Assembly: GCA_002771355.1 (NCBI GenBank)
Contig: PCSU01000039.1
Location: 1-35,379 of the forward strand
Length of the DNA stretch: 35,379 nucleotides
From: a candidate division WWE3 bacterium CG22_combo_CG10-13_8_21_14_all_39_12
GTDB taxonomy: Bacteria > Patescibacteriota > 4484-211 > GCA-002791395
Direction: 5' to 3'
The translations under genes and the position numbers were made by a program. Positions 1-8,355 of this stretch are shown piece after piece. Numbering within the stretch: position 1 is the stretch's first letter; every line of letters starts with the position of its first letter. Under the pieces are notes generated by a model. That model saw only the letters and a program-made list of their open reading frames with translations, did no database searches and was not told where the DNA came from.

Positions 1-44
1 AACAATAAACGTATACATTCAGCTCTTCGGGTTCCACCCGTCGT

Positions 45-74
45 ATTTAGACAGAGACAAGGTGTCTAAATTTT
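45..74 (+). terminator. weak AT-rich hairpin plus short T-run; possible terminator of an off-window upstream plus-strand gene
   Basis: ATTTAGACA (45-53) pairs with TGTCTAAAT (63-71) around a 9-nt loop, followed by TTT then GGGG. The stem is AT-rich and the U-tract is short. Confidence 0.25.
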
Positions 75-349
75 GGGGTACTTGACAAAAACATTACTAC
101 TTAAAAAGAAAAATCCGAGACCAACAAAAATTGACAACCGGACTAACAAGCGCATTAAAAAATGTTTTGAGACCCAACCAAACACTTTTACTGCGTTAAG
201 GTCTGTTGTCATGGTAGTAACCTCGCTTTGCGGGACTATCACGTTGGCACAAGTCTAGCAAAAGATTTTTTATAGCACCAGACCCACTATGTGCTGATAA
301 ATAAACAAAAACCGTAACAACCCCTAAACATGCCCGCCCATTGGGAATA

Positions 350-1339
350 CTATAAAACTCTTAAACTAACCTGACTATTTTGAGCTATACGCTCACGCAA
401 CTGATCCTCGTCCAATAACCCATTGGTTGCGCCAGGAAGTGAAACAACGTTGGTACTTTGGGAAACACCATACATTAGTGCCTTACAAAAATCATTGGTC
501 TCAATCAACCCTGTCATATAGCCCGATGAAAAAGCATCTCCTGCGCCCGTTTTTTCAACAACGGTGCATGGAAATATTGGCATATGATAATTATTTCCTA
601 AACCATTAGATGCATATGCACCTTTCCCAGAATCAGTAATTACTATGTTTTTTACACCTCTTAAAACATACTCCCCCATCAGCTTAACCATGTACGGATC
701 ATCATACGTATCAACAGATTCGTAGCCAATCATCTCTTCCGCCTCTTCTTTATTTACAATAACGGTATGACTTGCACTCAATAAATCCTTTTCCCCATCA
801 AACCCACGAGCAACCTCAAGCTTACCGGGGTTATAAACAATACGAACGTTGGGATGTTTTTGAAAATAGGTAACAACCGATGCATGCATTTCATCACAGG
901 CCGAAAACCCCAGTGAACTAACATATAAATAATCAACCTCCTGTAAGCTTTGAGGAAATCTATATAAACTCCCCCCATGGTATGAGAGTATTGTCCTTTC
1001 ACCTTGATGACTTAAAATAACTGAGACATCACTCTCTCCCTCTACAAATGTATGGGTAAGATCAAACTTCCACTCTTTGAGTAAAGGCTGTAATAATTTC
1101 CCTAGCTCGTCATCCCCATACTGTGAAATAAGAAGCACTTCATTTCCTGTTTGCCTCAACCCAGCACCAACATTTGGTGCATTTCCACCGAGCGTAATAA
1201 CTCTTTTTTGTACAGGCAATTTTGAAGGGAAGGGTAAACACAATTCATCGGTACCTCCTTTAATATCAGTAACATGACCCTCGTCTACAAATAAAATAAC
1301 ATCAAGGGTTGTGTGTCCAATGCATGCAACTTTTGCCAT
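350..1339 (-). CDS. PfkB-family carbohydrate/nucleoside kinase (ribokinase-like)
   Basis: ORF-track protein shows the N-terminal LGGNAPNVG motif and the C-terminal TGAGDAFSSGY motif typical of PfkB/ribokinase kinases. The track start is TTG at 1354. The ATG at 1339 (MAKVACIGH) lies 6 nt after a TATACT box and is preferred. Confidence 0.8.
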   Translation of the reverse strand: MAKVACIGHTTLDVILFVDEGHVTDIKGGTDELCLPFPSKLPVQKRVITLGGNAPNVGAGLRQTGNEVLLISQYGDDELGKLLQPLLKEWKFDLTHTFVEGESDVSVILSHQGERTILSYHGGSLYRFPQSLQEVDYLYVSSLGFSACDEMHASVVTYFQKHPNVRIVYNPGKLEVARGFDGEKDLLSASHTVIVNKEEAEEMIGYESVDTYDDPYMVKLMGEYVLRGVKNIVITDSGKGAYASNGLGNNYHMPIFPCTVVEKTGAGDAFSSGYMTGLIETNDFCKALMYGVSQSTNVVSLPGATNGLLDEDQLRERIAQNSQVSLRVL

Positions 1340-1345
1340 ACTAGT

Positions 1346-1351
1346 AGTATA
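1346..1351 (-). promoter_or_regulatory. -10 box TATACT, 6 nt upstream of the pfkB-like ATG (leaderless-type)
   Basis: The minus strand reads TATACT-actagt-ATG. No SD lies between. Confidence 0.4.
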
Positions 1352-1398
1352 CAAGCTTGACGCTTAAAGTTACAGCTAGAAAATATAAAAGGTAAACA

Positions 1399-2358
1399 CT
1401 ACCTAACAATAGACTGAACCGCAAGAATTATTGCATCAACGCTTAGTCCATACTTTTCATACAATTGATCCGGAGTTCCTGACTGCCCAAACTCATCTTT
1501 AACTCCAATTCGTTTCACCGGAACCGGATAATGCTCGGATACAGTCTCACACACCAGTGAACCTAATCCTCCGGCAATCTGATGATCTTCAAGAGTAACT
1601 ACAGCCCCTGTCTTTTGGACAGATGTAATAAGTGTATCTACATCAAACGGTTTTATGCTTGATGCATTTATGACTTCAACCGAAATTTCTTGTTGAGCCA
1701 ATGCCTCCGCAGCATCAATGGCCGAGTAAACCAGTGGCCCGCAGGAAACTATAGTAACATCGGACCCCTCACGAACTACATGGGATTTTCCAATCTCAAA
1801 CAGCAATCCTGGCATGGTAAACACCGGGGTGTTGGTGCGTTGGAATCGAATATACACAGGACCCGGATGCATTGCCGCTGCAATAGTTGCCTGTTTTGCC
1901 TCGCAATAATCAGCGGGTATAAGTACCGTCATGTTAGGAAGTACACGCATTAATGCTATATCTTCAAGTGCCTGATGAGTAGCACCATCGGGCCCTGTTA
2001 AAAGCCCAGCATGATGACCTGCAATTTTTACCGGAACATTGTTATAACAAATGGTAGTTCTAATTTGCTCCCAGTTTCTTCCGGGTGAAAAAACTGCATA
2101 CGCACTCATAAATGGAATTTTTCCTGATGCTGCTAAACCTGAAGCAACAGTTGCAAGGTTTTGTTCTGAAACCCCAACCTCAATGAACCGATCGGGAAAT
2201 GCTTCTTTAAACCAATGAACCCGTGTTGATTCTGTCACATCGGCACACAAAGCAACAACATTGGAATTCTTTTTACCTGCTTCAACAAGTCCTTCACCAA
2301 ATCCTTCTCTGGTCGAAATCTTTTCTTCACTTGGATACGTAATATTATCTTTAATCAT
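1399..2358 (-). CDS. transketolase, C-terminal (pyrimidine-binding plus C-terminal domain) subunit
   Basis: 319 aa with typical Tkt C-half sequence (FIEVGVSEQNLATVASGLA, GPDGATHQALEDIALMR). The start overlaps the stop of the N-terminal subunit gene by 8 nt. Confidence 0.9.
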   Translation of the reverse strand: MIKDNITYPSEEKISTREGFGEGLVEAGKKNSNVVALCADVTESTRVHWFKEAFPDRFIEVGVSEQNLATVASGLAASGKIPFMSAYAVFSPGRNWEQIRTTICYNNVPVKIAGHHAGLLTGPDGATHQALEDIALMRVLPNMTVLIPADYCEAKQATIAAAMHPGPVYIRFQRTNTPVFTMPGLLFEIGKSHVVREGSDVTIVSCGPLVYSAIDAAEALAQQEISVEVINASSIKPFDVDTLITSVQKTGAVVTLEDHQIAGGLGSLVCETVSEHYPVPVKRIGVKDEFGQSGTPDQLYEKYGLSVDAIILAVQSIVR

Positions 2359-3211
2359 GATCGGATTCTATTGCACCTGCTAGTGTTCGTAGTTCGTATA
2401 GTGCCTCAACCGTCTCGCCCAGCGATGGAGATTTCCCGTGCCATTCTGGAAGTTCTTCCATAAATTCCACTCCTTTACCTGGAATAGTGTGCGCAATAAT
2501 TATCGATGGCTTTTGGTAATTTGATTTAGCTTCATTCACCGCATCAATAATCGCCTCAAAATTATGTCCATCTATATCCTGAACGTGCCAGCCAAATGAT
2601 TGATACTTTTCATTGAGTGAATCAAGGGGCATGACATCTTCTGTAAATCCATCAATTTGAATATTATTGCGATCAACGATTTGAATGAGATTTCCTAACT
2701 GATACTTGGCCGCAAACAATACCGCCTCCCATGTGTTGCCTTCTTGGTGCTCACCATCACTTGTTAAACAAAATACATTCCACGATGATTTGTTTAATAA
2801 CGCTGTATACGCCATTCCACATGATTGCGACAATCCGCTTCCCAGTGGACCAGAGCTTGTTTCTAATCCCGACAATGACTCACGATGAGGATGACCTTGT
2901 AATTTAGATCCTAATTTGCGTAACTCACCTAATTCAGTTGGTGAAAAATAACCAGCGTGTGCTAAAACCGCATAATACCCTGGACAAATATGACCGTTTG
3001 ACAAAACTACCCTATCTCGCTCTGACCACAAAGGTTTACTAACGTCATAGGTCAATACATCACCAAAATATAGAGCAGTCATAACATCAATCATTCCAAG
3101 AGAACCTGCGGAGTGGCCGCTTCCTGCGGACACAAGGGATTTTATAGTATCGATTCGAATCTGTGTAGCTTTTTGAGTAAGTTGGGATTCTGTAAAGTTA
3201 ACTGCTTCCAT
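2351..3211 (-). CDS. transketolase, N-terminal (thiamine-diphosphate-binding) subunit
   Basis: 286 aa with GSGHSAGSLG, LSNGH and SDGEHQEGNTWEA motifs of the Tkt TPP-binding half. It forms a split-gene arrangement with 1399-2358. Confidence 0.9.
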   Translation of the reverse strand: MEAVNFTESQLTQKATQIRIDTIKSLVSAGSGHSAGSLGMIDVMTALYFGDVLTYDVSKPLWSERDRVVLSNGHICPGYYAVLAHAGYFSPTELGELRKLGSKLQGHPHRESLSGLETSSGPLGSGLSQSCGMAYTALLNKSSWNVFCLTSDGEHQEGNTWEAVLFAAKYQLGNLIQIVDRNNIQIDGFTEDVMPLDSLNEKYQSFGWHVQDIDGHNFEAIIDAVNEAKSNYQKPSIIIAHTIPGKGVEFMEELPEWHGKSPSLGETVEALYELRTLAGAIESDHD

Positions 3212-3219
3212 ATATTCTA

Positions 3220-3225
3220 ATTCTA
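3220..3225 (-). promoter_or_regulatory. -10 box TAGAAT, 8 nt upstream of the transketolase-N ATG
   Basis: The minus strand reads GGGGTAGAAT-tagaatat-ATG. No SD is present. Confidence 0.35.
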
Positions 3226-3261
3226 CCCCGAAACCATATGTCTATAGTGAAGAGTCTATGT

Positions 3262-3849
3262 TTATTGACGTTCGTTTCTTCTTAAACCATCTATATGTTT
3301 CACACGCTCTAACACATCCTCAGGCGTATCAACAATGTGGTACACATCAAATGCTTCCTCTCGAATACTCATATTTGTTGCGAATGCCTCCATGATTTGA
3401 TGCCAACCCTGACCATATAAAATTAAATCTTCATGATGACCATACTCAAGCCTTGCTAAGCCCCACGCCATACCAAATTCAGAAACAGTCCCCGTTCCCC
3501 CATTCATAACCACAAAGATATCGCCCAGATCAATCAGCTTAAGGGTACGTGCAAGATACGACCCTTCTTTAACTTCTTCATCAAAATTGTTTCCTGGCGA
3601 TCGACCCTCAAAGTTAACAAGATCATCAGTTCCATCAGGATATAACGTAACTCCGATTGCTTTACCTCCCCCAGCATGAGCACCTTTAGTTGCCGCCTCC
3701 ATAATCCCTGGTCCACCACCGTTAACAATGGTGTATCCAGCCTCAGCTAATAGTTTTGCACTTTCAAAAGTTGCAATATAATCTGCATCCGTTTCTTTTG
3801 CTTCAGCAAAACCAAAAAAGCATACGTATTTTATGGGTGTATTTTTCAT
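3262..3849 (-). CDS. LOG-family / TIGR00725-like Rossmann protein (possible nucleotide 5'-monophosphate phosphoribohydrolase)
   Basis: 195 aa with NGGGPGIMEAATKGA and MNGGTGTVSEFG (the PGGxGTxxE-like LOG motif). The ATG overlaps the rpe stop as ATGA. Confidence 0.7.
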   Translation of the reverse strand: MKNTPIKYVCFFGFAEAKETDADYIATFESAKLLAEAGYTIVNGGGPGIMEAATKGAHAGGGKAIGVTLYPDGTDDLVNFEGRSPGNNFDEEVKEGSYLARTLKLIDLGDIFVVMNGGTGTVSEFGMAWGLARLEYGHHEDLILYGQGWHQIMEAFATNMSIREEAFDVYHIVDTPEDVLERVKHIDGLRRNERQ

Positions 3850-4496
3850 GCTATTATTTTTCGTAACGAAGCTATAACCTCTTGAGGTTTAGGGCTCTCT
3901 ACTATTGTACTGCCTACCGCAAATAGATTTGCACCTGCGTCAAAAGACATGTGTAACGTCTCCTCATTTAAACCTCCATCAACCTGAATAATTACATGCT
4001 CATATCTACTCCTCAGATCAACAATCCTTAGCAACACCTCATCATTAAACGGCGCCCCCTGAACTCCGACTTCATGTGCCATCAACAATATTGAATCGAG
4101 ATTTGACGCTACGGAATCACTGAGTTCATCAAGATCAGTCTCAACCTTTAAGGCAAGTCCAACCTCAAGGCCAAGTGAACTAGCCATTTCAACAAACGAC
4201 TCTTGATCTTCAAGAACTTCAACATGAGCAATAACCCTTGTGGCTCCCGCCTTTTTCCAACTCATGAGTTGCTCTTTAGGGTCCTCCACCATCAAATGAA
4301 CCTCGTAATCAACTAAAAAATCAACTGCCGCTATCTGTGGAGCAGGACAGCAGGTAATGTATGGAGCAAAATACCCATCCAAAACATCAATATGAATTTT
4401 ATCTACAAAGGGAGAAACCCTTTCAACCTGATCTACCAAGACTTCGATAGAGTCTGTTAAAAATGCAGGGATAATTTGTGGTTGTTTAACTAGCAT
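3846..4496 (-). CDS. rpe: ribulose-phosphate 3-epimerase
   Basis: HIDVLDGYFAP and VDGGLN motifs of Rpe TIM barrels. The track ORF extends to 4541 and would overlap rpiB. The ATG at 4496 (MLVKQPQII) lies one nt beyond the rpiB stop and is preferred. Confidence 0.8.
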   Translation of the reverse strand: MLVKQPQIIPAFLTDSIEVLVDQVERVSPFVDKIHIDVLDGYFAPYITCCPAPQIAAVDFLVDYEVHLMVEDPKEQLMSWKKAGATRVIAHVEVLEDQESFVEMASSLGLEVGLALKVETDLDELSDSVASNLDSILLMAHEVGVQGAPFNDEVLLRIVDLRSRYEHVIIQVDGGLNEETLHMSFDAGANLFAVGSTIVESPKPQEVIASLRKIIA

Positions 4497-4497
4497 A

Positions 4498-4944
4498 TTA
4501 ATTTTGTTCAATCTCAGCGATATCATTAAGGCGCCGTTCAAATCGTGAAGTCGATTTAAAGTCTGTATCTACAAAGACTCTAATCATTGTAACAACTGAC
4601 TCATGGTCAGTGTAGTCTGCTGAAATTGCAAGGACGTTCATATCATCATCCATCCGAGCTGATGCAACCTGTTCAGGAGAAATTCCAATACCACAGCGTA
4701 TCCCATTAAACTTGTTTGCCATAACACACATACCTACACCTGAACCACAGATAAGAACTGCACGCTCAACATCACGAGCAGTCATATCAAAAACTGCATC
4801 AGCTGCCAAAGATGTATAGTCATCATCTTCATCAAATGAATGGGCACCGGAATCAATAAACTCTACATCTGCAAACAAAGAATCTAAAAGGATAGATTCT
4901 TTGAGCTCAAACCCACGATGATCTGCTGCAATTACGATTTTCAT
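4498..4944 (-). CDS. rpiB: ribose-5-phosphate isomerase B (RpiB/LacA/LacB family)
   Basis: 148 aa. MKIVIAADHRGFELKE at the N-terminus and the LICGSGVGM active-site loop are typical of RpiB. Confidence 0.85.
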   Translation of the reverse strand: MKIVIAADHRGFELKESILLDSLFADVEFIDSGAHSFDEDDDYTSLAADAVFDMTARDVERAVLICGSGVGMCVMANKFNGIRCGIGISPEQVASARMDDDMNVLAISADYTDHESVVTMIRVFVDTDFKSTSRFERRLNDIAEIEQN

Positions 4945-4958
4945 ATATTGATGATTAA

Positions 4959-5216
4959 CTATTGAGGTAACAATTCTATATTAAGTGATCCGGCTTGAGC
5001 AGGAGAAGGGGTAGGCGTAACAGGAATACACCGCAAAAATGCATCTCTATCATTAGGATCAAGTGTTCCCCCATTAGCCTCAAACAGCATATAGGTCAAA
5101 AGCGCAACAATTACAACTAAAAGCATAACCAAAAGCATAAGTGCTGTCGTTAAATTAAAGGAACTCCCATTAATATCAACAACCTCTTGAGAAGAAGACT
5201 GTTCAGTCATGGACAT
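4959..5216 (-). CDS. hypothetical small single-pass membrane protein (85 aa)
   Basis: One strongly hydrophobic segment (LTTALMLLVMLLVVIVALLTYMLF). It has its own TTGACT-17-TATCGT promoter 8 nt from the ATG. I recognise no family. Confidence 0.45.
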   Translation of the reverse strand: MSMTEQSSSQEVVDINGSSFNLTTALMLLVMLLVVIVALLTYMLFEANGGTLDPNDRDAFLRCIPVTPTPSPAQAGSLNIELLPQ

Positions 5217-5224
5217 ATATCTGT

Positions 5225-5253
5225 ACGATACCGAGATTGATCATCCTAGTCAA
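5225..5253 (-). promoter_or_regulatory. promoter TTGACT-17-TATCGT, 8 nt upstream of the 85-aa ORF ATG
   Basis: Read directly on the minus strand. The -35 box is 5248-5253 and the -10 box is 5225-5230. Confidence 0.4.
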
Positions 5254-5255
5254 GT

Positions 5256-5316
5256 AAGCTTTTATGTTTTTACAAACAACATAAAAGCTTTTGTGGAGTT
5301 TGTTGAACAAACTCCA
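5256..5316. promoter_or_regulatory. two adjacent perfect palindromes in a divergent intergenic region (possible operator or structured element)
   Basis: AAGCTTTTATGTT (5256-5268) pairs with AACATAAAAGCTT (5278-5290). TGGAGTTTGTT (5294-5304) pairs with AACAAACTCCA (5306-5316). Neither is followed by a U-tract. Confidence 0.35.
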
Positions 5317-5477
5317 TTCCATAAGACATTGGTAACAATATCTTTTTTAAGTTTTCTGAAAAAACTTTGCACCTAGAATTGTTTGTACTTTTTAGTGATA
5401 TTTAAAAACTATAGAGAAAGCAGAACAAAACTCCTTGATTTGTAGGTTACAATTCTATATTCTAAATAGAGACACTT

Positions 5478-6443
5478 ATGGACTCCCTCGCAATACAACT
5501 ACTAATTCTTATTGTTGCATCCTATATACTCGTTCGAGCAGCTTCACGACTCGTAACATCAATATCAGTGATTGGCGGGTACTTTAAATTATCAGAATTT
5601 GTTGTTGCATTTGTACTAATGGGTATTGTGACATCACTCCCCGAAATAGCAGTCGCCGTATCATCAGCTATTAGCAATAACCCGGCTCTTGCCCTTGGAA
5701 CAGCTATTGGAAGTAACCTCACTAACCTTACCTTAATTATCGGAATCCCTGTCCTTATTGGTGGTGGTTTAGAGGTGCGATCAATAATTGCCAGAAAAGA
5801 TGCTGTTTTTATGGCAATATTTGCAATTATTCCACTTATATTAGTGTCAGACGGCAAAATTGGCATGATAGATGGGATCATTCTTTTATTATTTTATGGA
5901 TTTTACTTATATCGACTATTCACACAAAAAAGTCATTTCTCACAATTTACTAACCATTTCACAAAAAAAGATGCTTTCGCTCAACTAGGCGTTTTTGTTT
6001 ATTACATTGCCCTTTTGTTTGCTGCAAGTTATGTAATAGTTACAACCTCTGAAATAATTGCTACAAACCTTGAGGTTCCTATTATTCTTATTGGACTTAT
6101 TATTTTATCGATTGGTACTTCACTACCTGAACTTGCTCATGGGCTTATTTCTGTAAAGACAAAACATAGCGGACAAATTCTAGGAGATATTTTAGGAAGC
6201 GTTGTTGCAAACTCCACACTTATCATTGCAATCGCAGCGATTATAAAACCAATCGTCATTGTAAACCTTCAACCACTTGTCATTCCTAGTATCTTTTTGA
6301 TTATCACACTTTTGATGTTTTTGCTTTTTGTATATTCTGACAAACGCCTTGAAATTAAAGAGGTATTATTTCTTATGGCTATCTATTTTTTATATATCCT
6401 TACAGAACTTGGTATGCAAATTGTCGATAAAACCGTAAACTAA
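5478..6443 (+). CDS. Ca2+/cation antiporter (CaCA / YrbG-type sodium-calcium exchanger membrane protein)
   Basis: 321 aa and polytopic. It has the two alpha-repeat signatures GIVTSLPEIAV and GTSLPELAHG characteristic of CaCA exchangers. Confidence 0.8.
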   Translation: MDSLAIQLLILIVASYILVRAASRLVTSISVIGGYFKLSEFVVAFVLMGIVTSLPEIAVAVSSAISNNPALALGTAIGSNLTNLTLIIGIPVLIGGGLEVRSIIARKDAVFMAIFAIIPLILVSDGKIGMIDGIILLLFYGFYLYRLFTQKSHFSQFTNHFTKKDAFAQLGVFVYYIALLFAASYVIVTTSEIIATNLEVPIILIGLIILSIGTSLPELAHGLISVKTKHSGQILGDILGSVVANSTLIIAIAAIIKPIVIVNLQPLVIPSIFLIITLLMFLLFVYSDKRLEIKEVLFLMAIYFLYILTELGMQIVDKTVN

Positions 6444-6451
6444 AATAACAG

Positions 6452-8161
6452 TTATTGTGAAATAATTATTGAGAGAGCTTTGTCCACTGGTACTAATTCA
6501 AAATCTTTACGGTCTCGTTTTTTAACTTCAACATTATCACCCGTCTTTTTTGAAACTACCATACGATAAGGAATTCCAATAAGATCTGCATCAGCAAATT
6601 TTTCACCTGGAGAAATTTCAGTTCGATCGTCGTACAAAACCTCAATGCCTGCACGAAGTAAATCCTCATAAATCTTCTCAACTTTTAATTTTATAGTATC
6701 GTCATCAAGATTTAATCCCACCAGATGAACTCTATATGGTGCAATCTCCGTTGGCCATATAATTCCCCTATCATCATGATGAACCTCAACAGTTGTTGCC
6801 ATTGATCGTCCAATACCAATCCCATATGCACCCATGTACATTAGTTTTTTTGTTCCATCCTTATCGACAAAATACCCATTATGATGACTCGTATAAAAAT
6901 GATCGTATTTAAATATATGCCCAAACTCAATAGTACGAATCAAATCTAGCTTGCCACCACACTTAATACAGTGCGCACCTTTGTATGGCTGGGCAATATC
7001 AGCTTCAATCTCGTGTTTAAAATCTCTTCCATAGTTTACAAACTGCGGGTCAGTTGTTTGAAGTTTATTTCCACCATACAAATTTTTTGCCTCTACAATA
7101 GAAGTATCAACAACAAATGTAACCTTGTCGCCAAACTCCCCGTAACCCCATGCATGTAATGCTCCAGATGTTACGCCGATTGAATTCAAGTCTTCATCGG
7201 TTGCTTTTTCTAATTCTCCTTCACCAATAGCATGCGCAAGTTTAACGTCATTTACTTCCAAATCACCCGTTACAACACCAATCACAAGCCTACCGTCACT
7301 TCGTTTAAACGCAACTGACTTAATCATGTTGTTAGCAGGACGATGATAAAACTCAGACATCTGATCTATTGTTCGAGCCTCATTCCAATCTTGTTCAATA
7401 ATTTCCATATCTTTTACGTCTTCATTCTCGTTTACCTTTTCTCTGACAAACTGAGCTTTTTCTACATTTGCTGAATAATCACAACTTGTACAAACTGCAA
7501 TCACATCTTCACCATCATCACATGGAATCTGAAATTCATGGCTATAATCTCCCCCCAGTGCACCGCTATCAGCTTCGACTGCATAAAATGGCAATCCCAA
7601 TCGCTTACAAATACGACTGTACGCATCATAAAAGTCTTTATATGTTTTCATAAAATCTTCCTGCGTTTCGTGATACGAATAGGCATCTTTCATCGTAAAT
7701 TCGCGTGCCCTTAAAATTCCACCGCGCACACGTATTTCATCTCTGAATTTATTAATAGTTTGGTGAAGAATAATCGGCAGATCCCGGTAACTTGGAGACG
7801 TCTGGGCAACCATTTCGGTAACAATCCCTTCGCCCGTTGCACTCAAGGCAAATTCTGCCCCACGAGCATCTTTAATTTTCATGAGTGAACTTCCCCAAGC
7901 CTTATCACGATTTGTTTTTGTCCAATACTCCATAGGTTGCAATAAGGGAATACTCATGCGTTGTGACCCTATCTTCTCCATTTCCTCATCAATAAGGTTA
8001 ACGATTTTTTGCCATACTCTATAACCCAACGGTAAGAATTCGTACCGGCCTGCTGAGAGTTCGCGTACAAACCCACCCTGATACAAAAGTTTATGTGAAG
8101 CAAGCTTCATATCAGACTTAGGGTCTCTAACTGTTTTACCAAATAATTTTGAATATCTCAT
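6452..8161 (-). CDS. proS: proline--tRNA ligase (bacterial type with insertion/editing domain)
   Basis: MRYSKLFGKTVRD...HKLLYQGGFVR N-terminus and class II motifs. The track ORF extends to 8260. The ATG at 8161 gives the canonical ProRS N-terminus and lies 7 nt after a TACAAT box. Confidence 0.9.
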   Translation of the reverse strand: MRYSKLFGKTVRDPKSDMKLASHKLLYQGGFVRELSAGRYEFLPLGYRVWQKIVNLIDEEMEKIGSQRMSIPLLQPMEYWTKTNRDKAWGSSLMKIKDARGAEFALSATGEGIVTEMVAQTSPSYRDLPIILHQTINKFRDEIRVRGGILRAREFTMKDAYSYHETQEDFMKTYKDFYDAYSRICKRLGLPFYAVEADSGALGGDYSHEFQIPCDDGEDVIAVCTSCDYSANVEKAQFVREKVNENEDVKDMEIIEQDWNEARTIDQMSEFYHRPANNMIKSVAFKRSDGRLVIGVVTGDLEVNDVKLAHAIGEGELEKATDEDLNSIGVTSGALHAWGYGEFGDKVTFVVDTSIVEAKNLYGGNKLQTTDPQFVNYGRDFKHEIEADIAQPYKGAHCIKCGGKLDLIRTIEFGHIFKYDHFYTSHHNGYFVDKDGTKKLMYMGAYGIGIGRSMATTVEVHHDDRGIIWPTEIAPYRVHLVGLNLDDDTIKLKVEKIYEDLLRAGIEVLYDDRTEISPGEKFADADLIGIPYRMVVSKKTGDNVEVKKRDRKDFELVPVDKALSIIISQ

Positions 8162-8168
8162 GTTACGT

Positions 8169-8174
8169 ATTGTA
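8169..8174 (-). promoter_or_regulatory. -10 box TACAAT, 7 nt upstream of the proS ATG
   Basis: The minus strand reads GATACAAT-acgtaac-ATG. Confidence 0.45.
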
Positions 8175-8181
8175 TCGCATC

Positions 8182-8210
8182 TTTGCAGACAAACCCACGT
8201 ACGATATAGT
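8182..8210 (+). promoter_or_regulatory. promoter TTTGCA-17-TATAGT, 7 nt upstream of the 45-aa ORF ATG (pilin operon)
   Basis: The -35 box is 8182-8187, the -10 box is 8205-8210 and the ATG is at 8218. It sits back-to-back with the proS promoter. Confidence 0.45.
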
Positions 8211-8217
8211 AAAGGTA

Positions 8218-8355
8218 ATGAAACTTTCACCAGAATCAAAAAACAAACTCCTGATTGCATTCATTGTGGTTGGATCACTCGCAATTACATACATTTTATA
8301 TTCAACATTTACTTCTCAACCTGGAACTGACATACCAACATTTCCTGAAACATAA
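8218..8355 (+). CDS. hypothetical 45-aa single-pass membrane peptide, translationally coupled to the downstream pilin
   Basis: MKLSPESKNKLLIAFIVVGSLAITYILYSTF... contains one TM helix. Its TAA stop overlaps the pilin ATG (TAATG at 8353-8357). A leaderless-type promoter lies directly upstream. This is the internal ATG of the 68-aa track ORF. Confidence 0.45.
   Translation: MKLSPESKNKLLIAFIVVGSLAITYILYSTFTSQPGTDIPTFPET

Noticed and set aside
18-45. tRNA-like T-arm impression (cgGGTTCCACCCg)
   Set aside because: The loop is too short, position 57 is a pyrimidine, and no acceptor or anticodon stems can be built around it. It is not a tRNA.
73-258. 61-aa plus-strand ORF in the left-end non-coding region
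   Set aside because: The sequence is Lys/Asn-rich and low in complexity. It has no SD or leaderless-type promoter context and I recognise no motif. It is most likely a chance ORF in AT-rich DNA. I also found no convincing RNA gene in 1-349.
8149-8260. N-terminal extensions of track ORFs: proS to 8260, lysS to 23238, rpe to 4541, greA to 26534, hup to 29041
   Set aside because: The extensions overlap neighbouring genes or promoters, often start at GTG or TTG, and add non-homologous residues ahead of canonical N-termini. Internal ATGs with a -10 box or SD context were chosen instead.
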